Shown here: one piece after another, positions 24,108-35,928 of the stretch | How the letters are laid out: each line of letters begins with the position of its first letter | Position numbering within the stretch: position 1 is the first letter of the stretch | Source: Lama guanicoe | Lineage: Eukaryota | NCBI GenBank assembly: GCA_013239625.1 | Contig: MU054212.1 | Coordinates: 7,663,039 to 7,726,269 of the forward strand | Direction: 5' to 3' | DNA length: 63,231 nt | Position numbers and translations under genes: made by a program | The notes under the pieces: generated by a model | Told to the model about the DNA's origin: nothing | The model's database searches: none | What the model saw: the letters and a program-made list of their open reading frames with translations, nothing else

Positions 24108-24987
24108 CCTGGAAAAAGAAGAATCTGGGATAGGAGATGAAGAGGCCTCTCCGGGTCATTCTGGGGGCCTGATATACCACTCTGATCTGTGTGTACAGAG
24201 CATTCCCCATGTAGTGGTGGGGTGGGGTGGGGTGGAGTCAGTCCTAGAGCACACCAAGGGGTTTGGAGGGCAACCAGCTCCATATGTAAAATTTCCGATC
24301 ACACTGAGATAGAAAAGGAAAAAAACCTGTGAAGATAAAAAATCTAGCTTTTTTATGATTATTCAGGGCATAAGAATTTCATGGCCAAGGCAAATTTTTG
24401 AGAGAGGCGTGTATAGACATGTGTAGCTGTATGTACAGCTACATGAATGAGAAAGCTTGATTAGAAGGGCGTGGGGGCCTAGGACTCAGAACAAAGGGTC
24501 ATAGGTGACCCAAGAGCTACCTGGCATTGTTCACCTCCCAGCTTGGGGTGTGTCCATGGCTCTGGGAGTAGAGGGCATCTTGCAGCATCTCGTGCTGGCA
24601 GTTCCAAATACAATCCAGGTCACCTTTAAATCCAAACACTACTGTTTTAGACCCCTCGCTCAGTGCATCATTGAGAAGAGAGTCTGAGAAAACTGGTGAA
24701 GGTGCTGGGCCTTGCCTCTGAGCACAGAGAGAAAAGAAAGAGTGCTCACAGCCGCGGGATCCCCCTTCATCAATGACCATCGCTAAATAAGCTTGTCTTA
24801 TTTCCCAGGGCAGTGAAGTCCCACCGACCTCTGAGCTTTGGAGAGAGAAAGCGGGAGAAGGGAAGAAAGAGAATGAGAGCATGAAGGAGGCAGAGGCGAG
24901 CAGTTTCTGATCTTTGATCCCAAGGATTTCCCCACAGCAGTCGTCGCCTTCCTCCCTTCCTGCCGCACAGTTCCCAGTCTGGGGCTG

Positions 24988-25410
24988 CAGAAAAGCCAAA
25001 ACTATGGAGACAGTGAGACTATCAATGGTTGCCAGGGATTTTGAGGAAATAAGGAAGGAATGGATGAATAAGTGGAGCACAGTAGATTTTTAGGGCAGCA
25101 GAACTATTCTATATGGTGATGGTGAATATGCGGCATTACACGTTTGTCAAAAGCAGAACTGCACAACACAAAGAATGAAGCCTCAATGCTAACTATGGAC
25201 CTTAGCTGATAATAATCTATAGATATTGGTTCATCGATTATACCCAATGTATACACCACATTCATACAAGATGTCAATAATAGGAGAAACTGAGGGCAGG
25301 GAAGGGCTTAACAGGGGGCCCAAGGGAACCCCCTCTACTTTCTGTGACATTTTTCCATAAACCTAAAACTGCTGTAAGAGAATAAAGGCCATTAATTAAA
25401 ATTTTTTAAA
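24988..25410 (+). mobile_element. Old LINE-1 3' end (L1MC1-like)
   Basis: aaaactatggagacagtga...tcaatggttgccaggg...gaataagtggagcacag...taaacctaaaactgct. Confidence 0.8.
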
Positions 25411-25569
25411 TAAATCTGTTAAAGATGGTCCTTACTATTTAATCAGAATCCATAAAATTGCTAGAAGTATTTTAGTCTCTAAGAATTAAAAGTTATCACT
25501 TAATCATCATATGTCTCAGAAGTTAAATATGCATTCAGAGATCACCTTGTTTAGTCCCCTTACTCAATA

Positions 25570-28500
25570 AACCTAGAGGAGATGGACAAGTTTCTGGAAA
25601 CATACTGTCCACCAAAACTGAATCAAGAAGAAACTGAACACTTGAACAATCCAATCACTAGAAAGGAAATAGAAATAGCAATTAAAAACCTCCCTACAAA
25701 TAAAAGTCCAGGACCGGACGGCTTCACCGGGGAATTCTACCAAACATACAAAGAAGAACTCATACCAGTCCTTCTCAAACTCTTCCAGACGATTGAAAAG
25801 GAGGGAATACTCCCAAACTCATTCTATGAAGCCACCATCACCCTGATACCAAAACCAGGCAAAGACACTACAAAAAAAGAGAATTATAGGCCAATATCAC
25901 TGATGAACATAGACGCCAAAATCCTCACCAAAATTTTAGCAAATAGAATCCAACAACACATAAAAAAGATTATACATCATGACCAAGTGGGGTTCATCCC
26001 AGGGACACAAGGCTGGTTCAACATACGCAAATCAATCAATGTAATACATCACATCAACAAGAGAAAGGACAAAAACCACATGATCATCTCAATCGATGCA
26101 GAAAAAGCATTTGATAAAATTCAACACCCATTTATGATAAAAACTCTCGCCAAAGTGGGTATAGAGGGAACATATCTCAACATAATAAAAGCTATATATG
26201 ACAAACCTATAGCCAGCATAGTTCTCAACGGTGAAAAACTCAAAAGCTTCCCACTAAAATCTGGGACAAGACAAGGATGCCCACTATCACCACTCCTATT
26301 CAATATAGTCCTGGAAGTCCTAGCCACAGCAATCAGGCAAGAGAAAGAAATAAAAGGGATCCAAATTGGAAAAGAAGAGGTAAAAGTGTCATTATATGCT
26401 GACGACATGTTACTATATATAGAAAACCCTAAAAGGTCCACAAAAAAGCTACTAGAGCTGATCGAAGAATTCAGCAAGGTAGCAGGTTACAAAATTAATG
26501 TTCAAAAATCAGTTGCCTTTCTTTACACTAACGATAAATCAACAGAAAAAGAAAGTAAAGAAACAATCCCCTTTAAAATAGCACCCAAAGTAATAAAATA
26601 TCTGGGAATAAATCTAACCAAGGAGGTGAAAGAATTATACACAGAAAACTATAAACCATTGATGAAGGAAATTAAAGAAGACTTTAAAAAATGGAAAGAT
26701 ATTCCATGCTCTTGGATTGGAAGAATCAATATTGTTAAAATGGTCACACTGCCCAAGGCAATCTACAGATTTAATGCAATCCCTATCCAATTACCCAGGA
26801 CATATTTCACAGAACTAGAACAAATCATAATAAAATTTATATGGAACCATCAAAGACCTAGAATTGCTAAAGCATTACTGAAGAGAAAGAAAGAGGCTGG
26901 AGGAATAACTCTCCCAGACTTCAGACAATACTATAGAGCTACAGTCATCAAGACAGCATGGTATTGGTACCAAAACAGACATATAGACCAATGGAACAGA
27001 ATAGAGAGCCCAGAAATGAACCCACAAACTTTTGGTCAACTCATCTTCGACAAAGGAGGCAAGAATATACAATGGAATAAAGACAGTCTCTTCAGCAAAT
27101 GGTGTTGGGAAAACTGGACAGCAGCATGTAAAACAATGAAGCTAGAACACACCCTTACACCATATACAAAAATCAACTCAAAATGGATTAAAGACTTAAA
27201 CATAAGACAAGATACAATAAACCTCCTAGAGGAAAACATAGGCAAAACATTATCTGACATACATTTCAAAAATTTTCTCCTAGAAGAAATAAAAGCAAGA
27301 ATAAACAAATGGGACCTAATGAAACTTACAAGCTTCTGCAGAGCAAAGGAAACCAGAAATAAAACAAGAAGAAAACCTACGGAATGGGAGAAAATTTTTG
27401 CAAGTGAAACCGACAAAGGCTTGATCTCCAAAATATATAAGCAGCTCATACGACTCAATAAGAAAAAAATAAACAACCCAATCCAAAAATGGGCAGAAGA
27501 CCTAAACAAGCAATTCTCCAAGGAAGACATACAAATGATCAAAAAGCACATGAAAAAATGTTCAATATCACTAATTATCAGAGAAATGCAAATCAAAACT
27601 ACAATGAGGTATCACCTCACACCAGTCAGAATGGCCGTCATTCAAAAATCCAAAAATGACAAATGCTGGAGAGGCTGTGGAGAAAGGGGAACCCTCCTAC
27701 ACTGCTGGTGGGAATGCAGTTTGGTGCAGCCACTATGGAAAACAGTGTGGAGATTCCTCAAAAGACTAGGAATAGACTTACCATATGACCCAGGAATCCC
27801 ACTCCTGGGCTTGTACCCAGAAGGAAATCTACTTCAGGATGACACCTGCACCCCAATGTTCATAGCAGCACTATTTACAATAGCCAAAACATGGAAACAA
27901 CCTAAATGTCCATCAACAGGTGACTGGATAAAGAAGATGTGGTATATTTATACAATGGAATACTACTCAGCCATAAAAACTGACAACATAATGCCATTTG
28001 CAGCAACATGGATGCTCCTAGAGAATGTCATTCTAAGTGAAGTAAGCCAGAAAGAGAAAGAAAAATACCATATGAGATCGCTCATATGTGGAATCTAAAA
28101 AACAAAAACAAACAAACAAACAAAAACAAAGCATAAATACAGGACAGAAATAGACTCATGGACAGAGAATACAGACTTGTGGTTACCGGGGGGGGGGGGT
28201 AGAGGGTGGGAAGGGATAGACTGGGATTTCAAAATTGTAGAATAGATAAACAAGATTACACTGTATAGCACAGGGAAATATACACAAAATGTTATGATAA
28301 ATCACAGAGAAAAAAATGTGACAATGAGTGTGTATATGTCCATGAATGACTGAAAAATTGTGCTGAACACTGGAATTTGACACAACACTGTAAAATGATT
28401 ATGAATCAATAAAAAATGTAAAAAAAAAATTCAAAAAAAAAACAGGTAGTGAGTTAAAAAGAGACCAAGGTCCATATTTGGACAAAGGGCTGATAGTTTG

Positions 28501-28571
28501 TCCGCCCTTGCCCTAGACAATCAATAAAACAAGCCTTGGTTTGAGCAAAAAAAAAAATAAATAAATAAAAA
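25570..28571 (+). mobile_element. Young 5'-truncated LINE-1 insertion including putative 3' transduction
   Basis: Starts abruptly inside ORF2 (NLEEMDKFL), has an intact frame to 28098, a 3' UTR with a G-tract, an A-rich tail (~28408-28442), extra sequence and a second tail. TSD aataaacct at 25566-25574 and 28572-28580. Confidence 0.97.
25582..28098 (+). CDS. ORF2: LINE-1 ORF2p, N-terminally truncated (Z region, reverse transcriptase, C-terminal CCHC); endonuclease absent
   Basis: 838 aa without a stop. Contains [34 protein letters not shown], catalytic YADD (26395-26406), KYLGINL and [18 protein letters not shown]. No promoter or ORF1 upstream, so it is probably not expressed. Confidence 0.93.
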   Translation: MDKFLETYCPPKLNQEETEHLNNPITRKEIEIAIKNLPTNKSPGPDGFTGEFYQTYKEELIPVLLKLFQTIEKEGILPNSFYEATITLIPKPGKDTTKKENYRPISLMNIDAKILTKILANRIQQHIKKIIHHDQVGFIPGTQGWFNIRKSINVIHHINKRKDKNHMIISIDAEKAFDKIQHPFMIKTLAKVGIEGTYLNIIKAIYDKPIASIVLNGEKLKSFPLKSGTRQGCPLSPLLFNIVLEVLATAIRQEKEIKGIQIGKEEVKVSLYADDMLLYIENPKRSTKKLLELIEEFSKVAGYKINVQKSVAFLYTNDKSTEKESKETIPFKIAPKVIKYLGINLTKEVKELYTENYKPLMKEIKEDFKKWKDIPCSWIGRINIVKMVTLPKAIYRFNAIPIQLPRTYFTELEQIIIKFIWNHQRPRIAKALLKRKKEAGGITLPDFRQYYRATVIKTAWYWYQNRHIDQWNRIESPEMNPQTFGQLIFDKGGKNIQWNKDSLFSKWCWENWTAACKTMKLEHTLTPYTKINSKWIKDLNIRQDTINLLEENIGKTLSDIHFKNFLLEEIKARINKWDLMKLTSFCRAKETRNKTRRKPTEWEKIFASETDKGLISKIYKQLIRLNKKKINNPIQKWAEDLNKQFSKEDIQMIKKHMKKCSISLIIREMQIKTTMRYHLTPVRMAVIQKSKNDKCWRGCGERGTLLHCWWECSLVQPLWKTVWRFLKRLGIDLPYDPGIPLLGLYPEGNLLQDDTCTPMFIAALFTIAKTWKQPKCPSTGDWIKKMWYIYTMEYYSAIKTDNIMPFAATWMLLENVILSEVSQKEKEKYHMRSLICGI

Positions 28572-29214
28572 AATAAACCTCTTCTCCATATTACCAAATA
28601 CACAGAAAAATACAACACATAATAGTAAAGAACAAAAAAACGCTAAACAGAAAAAAATGTAACACATAATCCAGGTTAAACAGACACAGCATTGACATAG
28701 ATAATGGAATGCATATACATTAGAAATATATTTGGGTATGTAACCTATGTGCGTTTGTACAGGGAAAGAAAACAGAAATCCTTTAACTCAGGGCTAGCTG
28801 CACCAAAAAAGAAGTATTTGGGAACTTGGGTGCTAATCTCTCTAACCTATTTTCATTACTCTGAGAGCAGTCCATTGAACTTCCTCAACACAAAGATTGC
28901 TAAGGGCAATAATGCTGACCCTGGAATAAGAACTCAAGCCTTCTCTCAGAAGGCTTTCATTCAAGCAATGGATAATTCTACATAACATTTCCAATTACTT
29001 TTTTTTTTAACACAGGCAAATCTTACATTGAGTATACTCACATGGGATTCATATCTAGTATTTGTCCACAGAGGCATGAGAAGACTCTAGGAAATTTGCC
29101 TACTGTATACAGATACTGTATTGTCTACAACTGTCTACAATACAGTATCAGATGAATATTATATACCATCAAAGTTCAAAGAGATACTCTAGTTGAAAGA
29201 TACAGCATAACAAA

Positions 29215-29410
29215 AACTGCTTCACCAAGATTCACTTCTGCCCAAATATCACATAAAGATGTTAAAATGCAGACTCCCTGGTTGATCCCAGAGATTCTAA
29301 TTCGATAAGTTTGGAAGAGGACCTGATGATCTGAAATAAAACATAAAATAAAACTACTCTATCCTGCCTGGAATTCAATAAAAATCCTGGTGCACCAGAG
29401 TCATGGCTGA
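29215..29410. mobile_element. MER5-like hAT relic
   Basis: gttaaaatgcagactccctgg...cccagagattctaattcgataagtttgga. Confidence 0.5.
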
Positions 29411-31594
29411 TCCTCAAATCAGATCCCTCCCTAACTTCCCTCCACCCCTCCTCACCTCCCCAGCTCCAGAAACGTCCTGACAAGAGTGAGATACAGACAG
29501 AACCAGGTTATTTCCCACCTGACTTCCCAGTTAAGTACTCCCCCAAAACAAGTCAGTTACAACAACTCCTGGGCAATTTGAAACATTTCTATTCCTCTGT
29601 CTTCAGGGAGCTCACTGCTTTGTCTACTGCAAAAAAAAAAAAGTAATTGGAAACAGGAACTATTAATACTTTGTATTTTATTTTGCACTCGCTTTGTGAA
29701 TCATCTGCAGATCTCTGATTGCATGGACTCCACTCTTCGGTGGACAGTTTGCAGATCACACATTACTTCTTATACATCCCAATATCAACTTAACATGCAC
29801 AAGATGATGCAGGAGATGATATCTACACCTATCCCCACCAGCTCAACACACTTCCTCTGCTCCGCTAACATGTGTGCACACTTGACGTCTGTGGCTTAAA
29901 GCGCTCTTTATCCCAGGAACATTTGAGAAGATACATGGACCTCAACTCTACCTATATTTAGTTTCATGTTTCACAGGTTGAATTTATCATAAGGTGCCTA
30001 GAACAGTGACTTCTCTGTTACTATTTATTCATAACACATCTTCTTTGGGCATTCACTTAATATTAACTACCCCCAACTTACAGAGAATGTGAAACCAAGA
30101 ATTTAGATGAACTGGTTCTGCTTCAGCATTGTCCTAATTCAAATTTCATTCCAGTGGTTAATATTTGTTCATAGGATAACAGACACCTAAAAGAATAGTC
30201 TATCTTCTGTGGAGATGTACCGACAGGGCAGCTTCTATTCTGTTTTCATTTTCCTTAGGGCAGTTCACAATATTCAGTAAACAAAGCGTCTGCCAGGGGG
30301 CACCAGAATGTAATACTTTCATTCCCAAGAGATTCTAGATGATTTTATGAAAGCTACAAGCATATTATGATCATTAACTCAAAATTAAAGCCTCATGATG
30401 ACCATGCTACACTACATTTAGAAGTAAAGGTTTTTCTGAGAGTTCCTTATTAAATCATATTAAGGACTTAAGTAAACTTAAACTATGGTTTCAGACATAA
30501 AACTCAAAGGGAAATCCTAAAAGGCTGGTGTTGCTTAAATCATTTGCTACCTAATTCTTCCTCCATAACTTGCCCAAGTTTCCTTGCTGTCCTGAACAAC
30601 TGGTGGCCAGTCATACTGCTTTTTCCAAGCAAAATCAGATATTTTTTAAATTCAGGAATATCTGGCTATGTTTTCAAGAAATCGTGACTCATCTTGGGAA
30701 AAAAAATTGGGAGATGCCATTTTTGTTGCTTATGACAAAATAAATACTTCCATAATAAGCTGCAGCAAAATTATTGTAGCAAATGACTTCTGAGAATGAC
30801 TTTAAGGACACAAGAAACACAGAAGAGCAATGGAGCAGGACTGTTCCTGGGGAAGGGAGAGGCACTGAGGGAAGGAGAAGCCATACTGAATCTTTCTGAA
30901 ATTGTATTTTTCAGTTCAAATAATACTTATACAGAATCCTTGGCCTAAGGCTTGTAAGTACATCCTTTGCCTAGCAGGGTCTTATTTGTTATAAGTATGG
31001 AATTAAAGGAAGTAGTTGGGCGAGTCCTTCAGGGAATGCCTGCTGTTTGAAGCGCATGTCCCAAATTTTATAAAGTGGACCTTTGAACTTACTCTTTTTC
31101 AGTCATTACTTCTAATCTGTTTGAAAGCACTATTTATTTTTATGACATTCTGTTCTGAGTAATGCCCTTTAATAAAATGGTTTCTAGGAGCTTATGATTA
31201 AAGATACTCCACCAAAATAACAGTGATTTAGAAGCCATAAAACCACAGAGATAAAAAGAATAGAATAACCAAAACAGAATTCTGAAATCTGGAAAACAGA
31301 TGGATACAGGATAACTGCTTGGAAAACGTGAGAAAGATGAATTCTAAGCTTTAGAGGCAGAAGTTGTGCAATAACATGAGATAACTACAGAACTTTCAAA
31401 TGGTTCGTATATCAAAAGCAGTGAGGGTGATGGCGTGTTTTAAAAGCAGGGGGTCATTCACATGCCATTTTAGGAGCAGTTTGATCCTCAAGTCCCCACC
31501 TTTACCCTGTGTAACTAGACCAACTACCCCAGCCCCACCTCAAAAGAAAATTGGAGAGGAATAGAACAGAGGTCCTGTGAACAAGAGACGTTTC

Positions 31595-31827
31595 TGTGAT
31601 CTACTGGTGTGTAACAAACAACTTCCCAAATGAACTGGCATAAAAATAATCATCTGCTATTATACCTCATGGCTCTTATGGGCTGACTAGGCTCAGGTGG
31701 GCAATTATAACCAAGGCCCTCTGACACAGTTATAGACAGGTGGTGGCTGGGCTGGAGTCACTTGGAGGGTTAAATTGGTTGGATGTCCAAGATGAAATGA
31801 TCGCTCACATGCCTGACTCTTCAGCTG
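31595..31827 (-). mobile_element. MaLR LTR fragment (MLT1, antisense)
   Basis: ctactggtgtgtaacaaacaacttcccaaa...ggctgactaggctcaggtgggc...tggctgggctggagtca...ctcacatgcctg. Confidence 0.75.
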
Positions 31828-31828
31828 C

Positions 31829-32077
31829 TGTAACGGAGAACAAACCTGACTTCGTATTGAATCTGTTCCTTTAGCTCTAAGCTCTGTGCTCTGTGGCCTG
31901 TGGCTCTGTGTTCTGCACCTTTTGTAAAAGAATGTGGCTTATAGCCCAAAATATACAGGACAGCCCATTCTGAAGCTCTGAGTTTTAAGGGTATAACACT
32001 TTCCCTTTCATATAGAGATAAAAAGTTGCAGAATTCCATGTGTCTTGTTGGAGGTTTACAGGAACACTGTGACCTGA
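31829..32077 (+). mobile_element. Truncated ERV1-type LTR 5' part
   Basis: Begins tgtaacggagaacaaacctgac, a TGTAA LTR start, and interrupts the MLT1. No 3' end is visible. Confidence 0.55.
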
Positions 32078-32079
32078 GG

Positions 32080-32970
32080 AGGGATAGGAAGCATGGGGAT
32101 GCAATTGTATACGAAGTTGTAGAGGACAGTCCTCAAATAAATGGTGGCATTTGGGCAAAGATTGGAAGGAACAGCATCAGGGTAGAGGGAATAGCAAATG
32201 ATTCAGCAGAAGAGGAAATAACTGAAGTTGGGGGAAAGAAGGGAGAATTGCAGGAAGACTGAGCTTGAAGGGTCACGAGAGGATCGTGGGGGCTCACAGG
32301 GTGAAGGCAGAGATTACACGCACAGACACAGGGAGCTGGACAGCGGTGACAGTGTGACCTTGAGGGAGTTTTCCATTCAGTAAAATCAGAACCAGGATAT
32401 CAGCCAGAAGTGAGAAAAAGGGAAGCAGTGCCAGATGCTCAAAGAGAGAGGAGAATTAGTCTTTTAGAAGAATATGAGTGGACAAAGGAACTTATTCACA
32501 AAACAGACTCACAGACATAGAAAACAAACTTATGGTTGCCAGTGGAGGGAAAGGAGTGAAAAGGGATAAATTGGGAGTTCGAGATTTACAGATACACGCT
32601 ACTACGTATAAAATAAATAAACAACAAGTTCATGCTGTTGCATATATGTATGTTCATGTATGACTGAAGCATTGTGCTGTACACCAGAAACTGACACAAT
32701 GTTGTAAACTGACCATACTTCAATAAAAAATATATATATAAAAGAAAAATATGAGTGAATAGAGGAGGGACTCTGATATAATTGCCAGAAAATAGTAAGG
32801 AACCAGCGATTACAGATTTAAGGTGTTACTAGTTGTCACAGTTTTGTTTTTCTTCAGCATCAGCCAACTGTGCAGATGAAGGCAACGCACTGGATTACTT
32901 CGATTTTGATTTAGCTAAGGGAACAAGGTACAGTAAGAGGGAAGGGATTTGAGGGTATTTGCAAGGAACC
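32080..32970 (-). mobile_element. L2 remnant (antisense), interrupted by an L1 tail
   Basis: Purine-rich L2-like text on both sides of 32481-32742. Confidence 0.45.
32481..32742 (+). mobile_element. LINE-1 3' UTR insertion with TSD
   Basis: acagactcacagacatagaaaacaaacttatggttgcc...catacttcaataaaaaa. 15-bp TSD agaa(g/a)aatatgagtg at 32466-32480 and 32743-32757. Confidence 0.93.
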
Positions 32971-33177
32971 AGGAATGCTTCTAAGATCATCATCATTCTT
33001 CATTTTGTATCTATGTAAAAATTATGCTTTGCTAAATGTAGTAAGTATAGAATTTCAGAAATTAAATATTTTCACATCATTTTTGCAACCAAATTAATTA
33101 GTCCTATAATCTGAGATATAAAATTGGTTATACTAAAAAAAAAAGAAGTAAAGTACAGATAAACAGAAACTAGGATT

Positions 33178-33480
33178 TTATTCATTCATTCCACAAATGC
33201 TTATTAATCACCTATGATGTGACAGACACCATGCTAGGTCTGGGGGTCAATGGGAACAAATAATAGACATGGTTTCTTCTTTCATGGATGTTACAGTCTG
33301 GGGGAAGAGATACATCTTAATCAAAATAAATTATAAGCAAATTAATTAGACAAATGAAATAAATTCACACAAATTAATTACAAACTGAAATGAGCACTGT
33401 GAAAGCAACAGCATTTTATATGAGCATTTAACACAGAAAATGCAATTAAATAAAGGAAACAGGGACTGCAGGAAATTTCC
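33178..33480 (-). mobile_element. L2 3' end (antisense)
   Basis: ttcattcattccacaaatgcttatt...cctatgatgtgacagacaccatgctagg. It appears to continue after 34608. Confidence 0.75.
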
Positions 33481-33494
33481 TAAAGTGATACCTC

Positions 33495-34597
33495 AGGAAA
33501 CCATCCACAAGATGAAAAGACAACCTATTGAATGGAAGAAAATATTTGCAAATGATATGACTGAGAAGGGGTTAATATCCAAAATATATAAACACCTCAC
33601 AACTCAAAAAAAAAAAAAGCCAACTGAAAAATGGGCAGAAGACCTGAATACACAATTTTCCAAAGAAGACATGTGATGGCCAAGAGGTACATGGAAAATG
33701 CTCAACATCACTAATTACAGGGAAATGCAAATCAAAACCCCAATGAGATGTCACCTCACACCTGTCAGAACTGCTGTCATCAAAGAGACCACAAATAACA
33801 AGCATTGTCGAGGTTGTGGAGAAAGGGAACCCTTGCACACTGTTGGTGAGAATGTAAATTGGTGCAGTCACTTAGGAAAACAGTATGAAGTTTCCTCAAA
33901 AAATTTAAAGTAGGATGACTATATGATCCAGCCATTCCAATGCTGAGAATATATCTGAAGGAAAGGAAGAGACTAATTTAAAAAGATACATGCACCCCAA
34001 TGTTGATAACAGCATTATTTACAGTAGCCAACATATGGAAGCAACCTAAGTGTCCATCAACAGATGAATGGATAAAGAAGATGTGGTATATCTATACAAT
34101 GGAATATTACTCAGCCATAAGAAAGAATAAAATAATGCCATTCACAGCAACATGGATGGACCTAGAGAGTATTATGTTTAGTGAAATAAGTCAGATAGAG
34201 AAAGACAAATAGTCTATGTTATCACTTATATGTGGAATCTAAAAAATAAAAACTAATGTATATAAATAAAACAGAAACAGAGATATAAAAAAACAAACTA
34301 GTGGATACCAGTGGGGAGGGGTAGGGGATTGAGAGATACAAACTACGATGTATAAAATAGATAACCAACAAGGATAAATTATACAACACAGGAAATATAG
34401 CCATTATTTGGTAATAACTTTAAATGGAGCATGATCTATAAAAATATTAACTCACTATGTTATACTAACATAATATGTAATATTTTAAATCAACTATATA
34501 ATATATAAATTATATATATTGAAACTAATATAATATTGCAAATGTTATAAATATATTTTAAATAAACTATAAATAAAATAAAAATAATAAATTAAAT
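33495..34597 (+). mobile_element. 5'-truncated LINE-1 (ORF2 C-terminus + 3' UTR) with TSD
   Basis: ORF2-like peptides ([34 protein letters not shown]) with stops. TSD taaagtgatac at 33481-33491 and 34598-34608. Confidence 0.95.
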
Positions 34598-34879
34598 TAA
34601 AGTGATACTTCTCATAAGATCTGCATTAGGAGCTAACCAATGAAGAGGAGGGGAGGGAAAAGAAGAGACCACTGTAGGCAAAGGAGATTTCTAGAAGAAC
34701 ATTAGCTCTCCTTCAATGATTAAGGTGTCATTTGCACCTCAACCTTCCATTGGCAAATATCCAATAGACTGAGCAAAGCAGTAAGTAGTAAGTTTCATAA
34801 AAAGTCTGATACAACGTCTTCTTTATGAACAGTGTGAGGATGCATTTTTTTGGTTTTCTTCTTAGAAGCAATACTGTTG

Positions 34880-35122
34880 TACGGGAAAAGCACAGAGCGG
34901 AAGCCAGGTTAGTTAGATTCAAATCCCAGATTGCTACTTATTAGCGGGAACTTGGGGAGGTCAATTAGTCTCTTTGTGCCTTAATTTCTTTATTTGCAAA
35001 ATGGGAACAGAAGCAGAAGCCACTCATTGCACAGATTAAATAAGTTAAACCATGAAAAGGCACTTAGAAAAATGCTAAGCATTTCAGAGACATAGTAAGT
35101 GGAGCAGGAATATTAGCTATTA
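34880..35122 (+). mobile_element. MIR SINE
   Basis: ttcaaatcccagattgctacttattagc...tctctttgtgccttaatttctttatttgcaaaatggga. Confidence 0.75.
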
Positions 35123-35928
35123 TCAGGAATAGCTGGCTTTCTGTTAAGAATTTAATCTGTTTTCATCCTACACATGCTATGAATTAAGAATTATGTTAGA
35201 GATCAGATGCACACTAGTGTGCACATCTATCTTCGTTATTTAAGGACAGGGAGCTTAGGACTGGAATGCTTTGACCCTCTGGTGTGACATGCGTGTTCAC
35301 CATATTTTGGCCTGCATTTAGACTTTTTTTATTACAGCTGAATATACCTATTGTCATAGAAATGTTTATGAAGTGGAGTGCTGTATGAACAAACTGTTCT
35401 ATAGAATGTAAAGTGGGGTTCATCTGGCTGCAATAAGATGAGAAAAGCATAAAGAAAAATGAGGCTGGCACCAAAAGGAAGATGTTTACAGAATGTGTTA
35501 AGCCCTCTGCTGCATTATTTCATAGGAGAATTAGGTACAAACGGTGAACAGTTCTGTTTAAGCAATGACTGTGCTTAGGGGCAATCAAGTTCTCTGTGAT
35601 TGCTCGAATAAAAAGAGGAGAATTATACAGGGGCAATCATTGTGATTTAATTATTAGTGACATGATTAGTCTTGTTTTGATTCTTTTAATCCCTTCAAGA
35701 ACACCACCAAAATTTGTGGCATTCAGAAGTCTGATTTAAACCCCAAGTTTAAGATTCACTGACTCTGAATTCAGAGGACATGATATACAGAACCTCCTTC
35801 GTGTACATTTTCCTGTTGGCTGAATTTCTGGACCGTTAGATCTCCCGATCAATTTATTTCTTTGTTGTATCATTTTCAGCTGTAGTTTATGCACTTTTGC
35901 TGTTTGTACATATTTTTATAAATCATCA

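Noticed and set aside
24517..25080. 187-aa minus-strand ORF
   Set aside because: Non-ATG start inside an L1MC fragment, no recognisable domain and no supporting splice structure.
26121..27596. Hydrophobic minus-strand ORFs (118, 65 and 186 aa)
   Set aside because: Antisense shadows of the A-rich L1 ORF2.
25582..28098. RT ORF as a novel retron, DGR or host RT gene
   Set aside because: Motifs, 3' UTR, poly(A) and TSD are those of an ordinary LINE-1 ORF2. It is 5'-truncated and has no promoter.
28600..28672. Short degenerate direct repeat (acagaaaaa...aacacataat x2) next to the L1
   Set aside because: It is outside the TSD, A-rich and imperfect, so it is ordinary slippage.
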